Shown here piece by piece: positions 1-8,681 of a stretch of DNA of 8,681 bases. A model generated the notes under the pieces. It was given only the letters and a program-made list of their open reading frames with translations, was not told where the DNA came from and searched no databases. The stretch lies in IMG/VR virus record IMGVR_UViG_2778261165_000009. One strand, written 5' to 3'. Source of the stretch: a virus. Taxonomy: Duplodnaviria > Heunggongvirae > Uroviricota > Caudoviricetes. The stretch's first letter is position 1. The number at the start of each line of letters is the position of its first letter. A program made the position numbers and the translations under genes.

Positions 1-2
1 TG

Positions 3-119
3 ACAATTACGGTAAACGGCGTGGCGACAGGTAAGGTGCAGATCCCTGTGGTGAGCGGAAATGGTCAGTTCGCCGCAGTGGCTGAAGTCACCGTTACTGA
101 AGCGGGCGCTGCAGGGTAA
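3..119 (+). CDS. V: Major tail protein V, C-terminal fragment (5'-truncated by the window edge)
   Basis: Only the frame starting at nt 3 is open from the window edge; it reads [38 protein letters not shown] and ends at TAA 117-119, 13 nt before the G start with an SD in between. The beta-rich Thr/Val/Gly composition fits the C-terminal Ig-like domain of a lambda-type major tail protein. The call rests on position in the conserved V-G-T-H order. Confidence 0.6.
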   Translation, partial: TITVNGVATGKVQIPVVSGNGQFAAVAEVTVTEAGAAG

Positions 120-121
120 AC

Positions 122-126
122 GGAGG
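122..126 (+). promoter_or_regulatory. Shine-Dalgarno GGAGG for G
   Basis: GGAGG lies 6 nt upstream of ATG 133. Confidence 0.7.
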
Positions 127-132
127 TAATAC

Positions 133-555
133 ATGTTTCTGAAAACAGAACAATTTGAATATAACGGTGTGTCCGTCACGCTTTCCGAATTGTCTGCGCT
201 GCAGCGGTTTGATTATATAAAGTTTGTTTCAGACGCAGAACAACAGGAGACAACGAAGCATTATGTCGTGCACATTAACCAGCGATATCTGGAAACGGCA
301 TCCCTGCTTGTGGCGATGTCGCTATGGCATTCCCATTCCCTCAAAGGCACTCTGGCCTCTCCGGAGACAGAGATGCAGCAGATCCGCCGTGAAGTGATGC
401 TGGGATGGCCTGCTGATGCACTGAATCAGGCAACGAACCGGGTGCTTTATCTTTCAGGTATGCTGGATAACCGGCACGATGCCGATCCTGAACAAACCGG
501 GAAAGCAGAAGCGACTGAGCCGGTAACATCAAAAAAGCATTCGAAGGCGAGCTGA
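133..555 (+). CDS. G: Tail assembly chaperone G (140 aa)
   Basis: ATG 133 with SD; the 140-aa product begins MFLKTEQFEYNGVSVTLSELSALQR, recognisably lambda gpG-like, and has the same length as lambda G. It sits immediately upstream of the -1 frame T ORF and ends at TGA 553-555. Confidence 0.93.
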   Translation: MFLKTEQFEYNGVSVTLSELSALQRFDYIKFVSDAEQQETTKHYVVHINQRYLETASLLVAMSLWHSHSLKGTLASPETEMQQIRREVMLGWPADALNQATNRVLYLSGMLDNRHDADPEQTGKAEATEPVTSKKHSKAS

Positions 556-995
556 ACTTTGTCCTGAAACTGGCGCGAGAGATGGGGAGACCCGACTGGC
601 GCGCCATGCTTGCCGGGATGACATCCACCGAATATGCCGACTGGCGACGTTTTTACTGCACGCATTATTTTCAGGATACCCAACTGGACGCTCATTTTTC
701 CGGGCTGATGTACGCCGTACTCAGCCTGTTTTTTGGCGATCCGGATATGCATCCGGCGGATTTCAGTCTGCTTGCTCCAGCGTGTGAGGAAGAGCAGACG
801 GAGATGCCGGACGAGGAAGAAATGCTGATGCAGAAAGCGACAGGAGTTGCCGGAGGCGTCCGGTTCGGAGGGGACGGAGGGCGCGATATTTCACCTTCTG
901 CGGATGTGGTGGATGTCAGCGAGGATGATGTTGCATTAATGATGGCTTCAGCGGGGATTTCCGGAGGTGTGAGATATGTCCCAGCCAGCGGGTGA
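133..995 (+). CDS. G-T: Tail assembly chaperone G-T fusion made by -1 frameshift, join(133..537,537..995), about 288 aa
   Basis: G frame 133-537, then the -1 frame continues from 537 (AFEGELNFVLKLAREMGRPDW...) to TGA 993-995. This is the conserved G/GT arrangement upstream of the tape measure gene in long-tailed phages. The T-frame part includes an acidic tract (EEEQTEMPDEEEM). Confidence 0.85.
531..537 (+). promoter_or_regulatory. Programmed -1 ribosomal frameshift slippery heptamer A_AAA_AAG (G to T frame)
   Basis: In the G reading frame the codons are TCA AAA AAG (529-537), an exact X_XXY_YYZ heptamer. The -1 frame is closed by TGA at 516-518 and open from 519 to 995, so the shift has to occur between 519 and 552, and this is the only in-phase slippery heptamer in that interval. 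It lies 5 codons before the G stop. Confidence 0.75.
963..967 (+). promoter_or_regulatory. Shine-Dalgarno GGAGG for H
   Basis: GGAGG lies 8 nt upstream of ATG 976, embedded in the 3' end of the T frame. Confidence 0.65.
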
Positions 996-3588
996 TCTGG
1001 TTATTGATTTGAGTCTGGATGCGGCCCGGTTTGATGAACAGATGGCCCGGGTACGCCGTCATTTTTCCAGTCTGGAGGCGGATGCCAGAAAAACCGCCAG
1101 TACTGTTGAACAGGGGCTGAGCCGACAGGCGCTGGCTGCACAAAAAGCCGGGATATCAGTCGGACAGTATAAGGCTGCCATGCGCACACTGCCCGCACAG
1201 TTCACGGATATTGTCACTCAGCTTGCCGGTGGTCAGAATCCCTTCCTTATCATGCTGCAGCAGGGGGGGCAGATCAGCGATTCATTCGGTGGACCGCTCA
1301 GCCTGCTTACCCTGCTGAAGGAGGAACTTCTCGGGATCAGGGATGCCTCTGAATCATCAGAGGAGTCGCTGTCAGATACGGCAAATGCACTGGCTGAAAA
1401 TGCCCGGAATGCCGGTGAGCTGGGACGATTTATGTCGGTGGCCCGTGTGGCGGCAGGTGGCGGGGTTGCCGTACTGGCCGCGCTTGCTGCCGCCGCCTGG
1501 CAGGCAGAGCAGGCTGACCGGGCCTTATTGCGTTCACTGATCCTGACCGGAGGGGCGGCTGCCACCACAACGGCAGAATTGTGGAAAATGGCCGGGGTGA
1601 TCAGCGATGAAGCCGGTGGTGGTATCAGACAGGCGGCAGAAAATCTGGCCCGTCTGGCAGAAAGCGGGAAATATACCGCCGGGCAGCTACGGATCATGGG
1701 GGAAACCTCTCAGAGATGGCTGCAGACGGTGGGGGACGATGCCGGGAAGGTGGAAAAAGCCTTTGAAGGGATTGCAGCAGATCCGGTGAAGGCGCTGGCC
1801 TCCCTGAATCAGCAGTATAACTTCCTGAGCGTTTCCCAGTTACGCCATATTGATGAGCTTGAGCGCACGAAAGGTAAACAGGCTGCGGTGACGGAGGCGA
1901 TGTCCCTGTTTGCGGATGTCATGAATGCACGTCTGGAGCAACTTGATAAAGCGGCCACGCCGGTGGAAAAAATCTGGGACGATGTTAAAACCTGGACTTC
2001 TGACGCATGGGCATGGATAGGTGATCATACACTGGGGGCACTCAGTCTGATCACTGACGTGGTGGCCGGAACCGTTGAACAAGTGAAGCTGCTGCTTGTG
2101 CAGGGGGATCTGGCGCTGGCTGAATTTATTCAGTCAGCCTGGGAAACGACAAAGAATGTGCCCGGCGTTGGTGCGTTGTTTGGTGAACTGGCAGAAGAGA
2201 ACCGCGTATTTATTGAGAAAACAAAACGCGATGAACTGGCGCTGAGAAAATCCATTGCGGAACGGGATGCGCGTATACGCCAGGGGGAAATGGGGTACAT
2301 CAACCGCTCGCGTGCAACAGGCGTCAGCAAAGGTCCTGGGCAGCAGGAAGCCGTCAGCCGTCTGGCTGAAGAGCTGACAGGTAAAAAGCATACATCACCG
2401 AAAACGCGCTCTGCCGGGGAGAGGGAAGAGGAGCAGGCAAGAGAGGCTCTGCTTGCCCTTGAAGCTGAGCTCAGGACGCTGGAAAAACACAGCGGTGCGA
2501 ATGAGAAAATCAGTCGGCAGCGCCGTGATTTATGGAAGGCGGAAAGTCAGTATGCGGTCCTGAAAGAGGCTGCCACGAAACGGCAGTTATCCTGGCAGGA
2601 AAAATCCCTGCTGGCCCATGAGAAAGAGACGCTGGAGTACAAACGCCAGCTGGCTGACCTGGGCGACAAGGTTGAACACCAGAAACGCCTGAATGAGCTG
2701 GCACAGCAGGCGGTGCGGTTTGAAGAGCAGCAGAGCGCGAAGCAGGCCGCCATCAGCGCAAAAGCCCGCGGTCTCACTGACCGTCAGGCGCAGCGGGAGT
2801 CTGAAGCGCAGCGTCTTCGGGACGTGTACGGTGATAATCCGCAGGCGCTGGCCCGGGTCACCGGGGCACTGAAACAGACATGGGCGGATGAAGACATGCT
2901 GCGCGGTGACTGGCTGGCCGGGCTGAAGTCCGGCTGGGGGGAGTGGGCGGAAAGTGCGACGGACAGTTTTTCGCAGGTTAAAAGCGCGGCCACGCAGACC
3001 TTTGACGGTATTGCACAGAATATGGCAGCGATGCTGACCGGCAGCGAACAGAACTGGCGTGGTTTCACCCGTTCTGTGCTCTCCATGCTGACAGAGATTT
3101 TTCTGAAGCAGGCGATGGTGGGGATAGTCGGGAGTATCGGCAGCGCCATTGGCGGTGCTTTCGGTGGTGGTGCGTCTGCCTCCACGGGGACGGCCATTCA
3201 GGCTGCGGCGGCGAACTTCCATTTCGCGACCGGGGGATTTACGGGAACCGGCGGCAAATATGAGCCAGCGGGGATTGTTCACCGTGGTGAATTTGTCTTC
3301 ACGAAGGAGGCAACCAGCCGGATTGGTGTCGGCAACCTGTACCGCCTGATGCGGGGCTATGCGGAAGGTGGTTATGTGGGCGGTGCCGGAAGTCCGGCGC
3401 AGATGCGGCGGGCTGAAGGCATTAATTTTAATCAGAACAATCACGTGGTGATTCAGAACGACGGTACGAATGGTCTGCCAGGTCCACAGATGATGAAGGC
3501 AGTGTATGACATGGCCCGCAAGGGTGCCCGTGATGAAATCCAGGCACAGATGCGCGATGGTGGCCTGTTCTCCGGAGGTGGACGATGA
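976..3588 (+). CDS. H: Tail tape measure protein H (870 aa)
   Basis: An 870-aa ORF directly after G-T. The N-terminus MSQPAGDLVIDLSLDAARFDEQMARVRRHF and the C-terminal third (LLALEAELRTLEKHSGANEKISRQRRDLWKAESQ ... GGLFSGGGR) resemble lambda gpH as I recall it. It is Ala/Gln/Glu-rich and helical in character, with a Gly-rich hydrophobic segment near the C-terminus. Its start overlaps the T end by 20 nt. Confidence 0.93.
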   Translation: MSQPAGDLVIDLSLDAARFDEQMARVRRHFSSLEADARKTASTVEQGLSRQALAAQKAGISVGQYKAAMRTLPAQFTDIVTQLAGGQNPFLIMLQQGGQISDSFGGPLSLLTLLKEELLGIRDASESSEESLSDTANALAENARNAGELGRFMSVARVAAGGGVAVLAALAAAAWQAEQADRALLRSLILTGGAAATTTAELWKMAGVISDEAGGGIRQAAENLARLAESGKYTAGQLRIMGETSQRWLQTVGDDAGKVEKAFEGIAADPVKALASLNQQYNFLSVSQLRHIDELERTKGKQAAVTEAMSLFADVMNARLEQLDKAATPVEKIWDDVKTWTSDAWAWIGDHTLGALSLITDVVAGTVEQVKLLLVQGDLALAEFIQSAWETTKNVPGVGALFGELAEENRVFIEKTKRDELALRKSIAERDARIRQGEMGYINRSRATGVSKGPGQQEAVSRLAEELTGKKHTSPKTRSAGEREEEQAREALLALEAELRTLEKHSGANEKISRQRRDLWKAESQYAVLKEAATKRQLSWQEKSLLAHEKETLEYKRQLADLGDKVEHQKRLNELAQQAVRFEEQQSAKQAAISAKARGLTDRQAQRESEAQRLRDVYGDNPQALARVTGALKQTWADEDMLRGDWLAGLKSGWGEWAESATDSFSQVKSAATQTFDGIAQNMAAMLTGSEQNWRGFTRSVLSMLTEIFLKQAMVGIVGSIGSAIGGAFGGGASASTGTAIQAAAANFHFATGGFTGTGGKYEPAGIVHRGEFVFTKEATSRIGVGNLYRLMRGYAEGGYVGGAGSPAQMRRAEGINFNQNNHVVIQNDGTNGLPGPQMMKAVYDMARKGARDEIQAQMRDGGLFSGGGR

Positions 3589-3914
3589 AAACCTTCCGCT
3601 GGAAAGTGAAACCCGGTATGGATGTGGCTTCGGCCCCTTCTGTAAGAAAGGTGCGCTTTGGTGATGGCTATTCCCAGCGAGCGCCTGCCGGGCTGAATGC
3701 CAACCTGAAAACGTACAGCGTGACGCTGTCTGTCTCCCGTGAGGAGGCCACGGCGCTGGAGTCGTTTCTGGCTGAGCACGGGGGCTGGAAGGCCTTTCTG
3801 TGGACGCCGCCTTATGGTTACAGGCAGATAAAGGTGACCTGCGCAAAATGGTCGTCGCGGGTCAGTATGCTGCGTGTTGAGTTCAGCGCAGAGTTTGAAC
3901 AGGTGGTGAACTGA
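3585..3914 (+). CDS. M: Tail tip assembly protein M (109 aa)
   Basis: The 109-aa product MKTFRWKVKPGMDVASAPSVRKVRFGDGYSQRAPAGLNANLKTYSVTLSV... matches the size and recalled sequence of lambda gpM. Its start overlaps the H stop as ATGA, and SD GGAGG is at 3574-3578. Confidence 0.93.
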   Translation: MKTFRWKVKPGMDVASAPSVRKVRFGDGYSQRAPAGLNANLKTYSVTLSVSREEATALESFLAEHGGWKAFLWTPPYGYRQIKVTCAKWSSRVSMLRVEFSAEFEQVVN

Positions 3915-4612
3915 TGCAGGATATCCGGCAGGAAACATTGAATGAATGCACCCGTGCGGAGCAGTCGGCCAGCGTGGTGCTCTGGGAAATCGATCTGACA
4001 GAGGTCGGTGGAGAACGTTATTTTTTCTGTAATGAGCAGAACGAAAAAGGTGAGCCGGTCACCTGGCAGGGGAGGCAGTATCAGGCGTATCCCATTCAGG
4101 GGAGCGGTTTTGAACTGAATGGCAAAGGCACCAGTACGCGCCCCACGCTGACGGTTTCTAACCTGTACGGTATGGTCACCGGGATGGCGGAAGATCTGCA
4201 GAGTCTGGTCGGCGGAACGGTGGTCCGGCGTAAGGTTTACGCCCGTTTTCTGGATGCGGTGAACTTCGTCAACGGAAACAGTGACGCCGATCCGGAGCAG
4301 GAGGTGATCAGCCGCTGGCGCATCGAGCAGTGCAGCGAACTGAGCGCGGTGAGTGCCTCCTTTGTACTGTCCACGCCGACGGAAACGGATGGCGCTGTTT
4401 TTCCGGGACGTATCATGCTGGCCAACACCTGCACCTGGACCTATCGCGGTGACGAGTGCGGTTATAGCGGTCCGGCTGTCGCGGATGAATATGACCAGCC
4501 GACGTCCGATATCACGAAGGATAAATGCAGCAAATGCCTGAGTGGCTGTAAGTTTCGCAATAACGTCGGCAACTTTGGCGGCTTCCTTTCCATTAACAAA
4601 CTTTCGCAGTAA
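3914..4612 (+). CDS. L: Tail tip assembly protein L (232 aa), with a C-terminal Cys cluster
   Basis: 232 aa, the same length as lambda gpL. Start overlaps the M stop as TGATG. The C-terminal cysteines (CTWTYRGDECGYSG ... KDKCSKCLSGCKF) are consistent with the reported iron-sulfur cluster site of gpL. Confidence 0.92.
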   Translation: MQDIRQETLNECTRAEQSASVVLWEIDLTEVGGERYFFCNEQNEKGEPVTWQGRQYQAYPIQGSGFELNGKGTSTRPTLTVSNLYGMVTGMAEDLQSLVGGTVVRRKVYARFLDAVNFVNGNSDADPEQEVISRWRIEQCSELSAVSASFVLSTPTETDGAVFPGRIMLANTCTWTYRGDECGYSGPAVADEYDQPTSDITKDKCSKCLSGCKFRNNVGNFGGFLSINKLSQ

Positions 4613-4616
4613 TCCC

Positions 4617-5360
4617 ATGACACAGACAGAATCAGCGATTCTGGCGCATGCCCGGCGGTGTGTGCCTGCGGAGTCGTGCGGCTTCGTGGTGAGAACGCCG
4701 GAGGGGGAGCGGTATATCCCTTGTGTGAATATCTCTGCAGAGCCGGAGGCGTATTTTCGTATTGCACCGGAAGACTGGCTGCGGGCAGAGATGCAGGGGG
4801 AGATTGTGGCACTGGTCCACAGTCATCCCGGTGGTCTGCCCTGGCTGAGTGAGGCCGACCGGCGGCTGCAGGTGCAGAGTGATTTGCCGTGGTGGCTGGT
4901 CTGCCGGGGGGCGATTCATAAGTTCCGCTGTGTGCCGCATCTCACCGGGCGGCGCTTTGAGCACGGGGTGACGGACTGTTACACGCTGTTCCGGGATGCT
5001 TATCATTTGGCGGGGATTGAGATGCCGGATTTTCATCGCGAGGATGACTGGTGGCGTAACGGTCAGAATCTCTATCTGGATAATCTGGAGGCCACAGGGT
5101 TGTATCAGGTGCCGTTGTCATCAGCACAACCGGGCGATGTGCTGCTGTGCTGTTTTGGTTCATCGGTGCCGAATCATGCCGCCATTTACTGTGGTAATGG
5201 CGAGCTGCTGCACCATATTCCTGAACAACTGAGCAAACGAGAGAGGTATACCGACAAATGGCAGCGACGCACACACTCCCTCTGGCGTCACCGGGCATGG
5301 CGCGCATCTGCCTTTACGGGGATTTGCAACGATTTGGCCGCCGCATCGACCTTCGTGTGA
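4617..5360 (+). CDS. K: Tail tip assembly protein K, long form (247 aa): N-terminal JAB/MPN metalloprotease-like domain plus C-terminal NlpC/P60 domain
   Basis: ATG 4617 is 4 nt after the L stop with no strong SD, suggesting coupling. JAB motifs are E-S-C-G (4671-4682) and H-S-H-x7-S-x2-D (HSH at 4818-4826). NlpC/P60-like Cys (TDCYTL, Cys codon 4977-4979) and His (PNHAAIY, 5175-5177) are present. The listed ORF 4542-5360 starts inside L, so the first ATG after the L stop is taken as the start. Confidence 0.85.
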   Translation: MTQTESAILAHARRCVPAESCGFVVRTPEGERYIPCVNISAEPEAYFRIAPEDWLRAEMQGEIVALVHSHPGGLPWLSEADRRLQVQSDLPWWLVCRGAIHKFRCVPHLTGRRFEHGVTDCYTLFRDAYHLAGIEMPDFHREDDWWRNGQNLYLDNLEATGLYQVPLSSAQPGDVLLCCFGSSVPNHAAIYCGNGELLHHIPEQLSKRERYTDKWQRRTHSLWRHRAWRASAFTGICNDLAAASTFV

Positions 5361-5929
5361 AAACGGGGGCTGAAGCCATCCGCGCACTGGCCACACAGCT
5401 CCCGGCGTTTCGTCAGAAACTGAGCGACGGCTGGTATCAGGTACGGATTGCCGGGCGGGACGTCAGCACGTCCGGGTTAACGGCGCAGTTACATGAGACT
5501 CTGCCTGACGGCGCTGTGATTCATATTGTTCCCAGAGTCGCCGGGGCCAAGTCAGGGGGCGTATTCCAGATTGTTCTGGGGGCTGCCGCCATTGCCGGAT
5601 CATTCTTTACTGCCGGAGCCACCCTTGCAGCATGGGGGGCAGCCATTGGGGCCGGTGGTATGACCGGTATCCTGTTTTCTCTCGGTGCCAGTATGGTGCT
5701 CGGTGGTGTGGCGCAGATGCTGGCACCGAAAGCCAGGACGCCCACGGCAGCAAGTACAGATAACGGCAAACAGAACACCTATTTCTCCTCACTGGATAAC
5801 ATGGTTGCCCAGGGCAATGTTCTGCCGGTTCTGTACGGTGAAATGCGCGTGGGGTCACGCGTGGTTTCTCAGGAGATCAGCACGGCAGACGAAGGGGATG
5901 GTGGTCAGGTTGTGGTGATTGGTCGCTGA
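5258..5929 (+). CDS. I: Tail assembly protein I (223 aa): N-terminal ubiquitin-like domain plus C-terminal Gly/Ala-rich hydrophobic segment
   Basis: 223 aa, the same length as lambda gpI. Start ATG 5258 has GAGAGG 11 nt upstream. It overlaps the K 3' end by 103 nt in a different frame. The C-terminal half (VFQIVLGAAAIAGSFFTAGATLAAWGAAIGAGGMTGILFSLGASMVLGG) is hydrophobic. Confidence 0.9.
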   Translation: MAATHTLPLASPGMARICLYGDLQRFGRRIDLRVKTGAEAIRALATQLPAFRQKLSDGWYQVRIAGRDVSTSGLTAQLHETLPDGAVIHIVPRVAGAKSGGVFQIVLGAAAIAGSFFTAGATLAAWGAAIGAGGMTGILFSLGASMVLGGVAQMLAPKARTPTAASTDNGKQNTYFSSLDNMVAQGNVLPVLYGEMRVGSRVVSQEISTADEGDGGQVVVIGR

Positions 5930-5947
5930 TGAAAAACGTTTTATGTG

Positions 5948-5968
5948 AAACCGCCTGCGGGCGGTTTT
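5948..5968 (+). other. Perfect 8-bp GC-rich stem-loop (AAACCGCC-TGCG-GGCGGTTT) followed by a T-run; terminator-like or RNA-stability hairpin between I and J
   Basis: Read directly: left arm 5948-5955, loop 5956-5959, right arm 5960-5967, then T at 5968. It sits in the 60-nt I-J spacer and ends 10 nt before the J SD. Confidence 0.45.
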
Positions 5969-5977
5969 GTCGTATAT

Positions 5978-5981
5978 GGAG
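5978..5981 (+). promoter_or_regulatory. Shine-Dalgarno GGAG for J
   Basis: GGAG lies 8 nt upstream of ATG 5990. Confidence 0.65.
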
Positions 5982-5986
5982 CATGA

Positions 5987-8681
<2,695 letters not shown>

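Noticed and set aside
499-505. GGGAAAG string in the G gene, matching the heptamer I recall as lambda's G-T slip site
   Set aside because: In the G reading frame it is phased GGG AAA G, not G_GGA_AAG. The -1 frame from here hits TGA at 516-518 and the other frame hits TAA at 524-526, so a shift here cannot produce T. The in-phase site is A_AAA_AAG at 531-537.
582-995. ORF 582-995 (137 aa) as an independently initiated T gene
   Set aside because: This is the -1 frame continuation of G. The frame is open from 519, ATG 582 has only a weak purine-rich stretch upstream, and T in this family is made only as the G-T fusion. It is annotated as part of G-T instead.
961-3580. Identical TCCGGAGGTG motif upstream of both the H start (961-970) and the M start (3571-3580), as a possible repeat or recombination site
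   Set aside because: Both are SD sequences that also encode the Ser/Gly-Gly C-termini of the preceding proteins (T ...ISGGV, H ...FSGGGR). At 10 nt, the match is explained by convergent constraints; there is no extended flanking similarity.
2587-3846. Minus-strand ORF of 419 aa antisense to H and M
   Set aside because: It lies entirely antisense to two well-supported + strand genes. Its product is Arg/Pro/Ser-rich and low-complexity with no recognisable motifs and no SD-led start. This is the usual spurious open frame opposite a GC-rich coding region.
4542-4616. Upstream extension of the K ORF (listed as 4542-5360, 272 aa)
   Set aside because: The extension starts at an ATG inside the L coding sequence in another frame. 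The first in-frame ATG after the L stop (4617) gives the MTQTESAILAHARR N-terminus and is the most economical start.
3818-4618. Minus-strand ORF of 266 aa antisense to L
   Set aside because: Antisense to L with a junk-like translation; not supported.

Overview
This window is a contiguous, same-strand (+) lambda-like siphovirus tail morphogenesis module, most likely part of a lambdoid prophage or phage from an enterobacterial host. Gene order is V (3' end only) - G - G-T (programmed -1 frameshift) - H (tape measure) - M - L - K - I - J (5' ~80% only), with tightly coupled or overlapping gene junctions (ATGA, TGATG, a 20-nt T/H overlap and a 103-nt K/I overlap). I found no rRNA, tRNA, CRISPR array, IS element, integrase or recognisable defence system, and I do not see evidence for a new multi-gene system here. 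The points worth a second look are details of this module: the G-T slippery heptamer is A_AAA_AAG rather than the GGGAAAG I recall for lambda; K must be the long two-domain form (JAB/MPN plus NlpC/P60) because the codon matching lambda's annotated K start is ATT here; the K/I pair forms a JAB plus ubiquitin-like pair with a dual-coding overlap; a perfect GC-rich hairpin sits between I and J; and H is 870 aa with a glycine-zipper-like segment. All protein identities come from reading the translations and from recalled knowledge of lambda; no database search was run.
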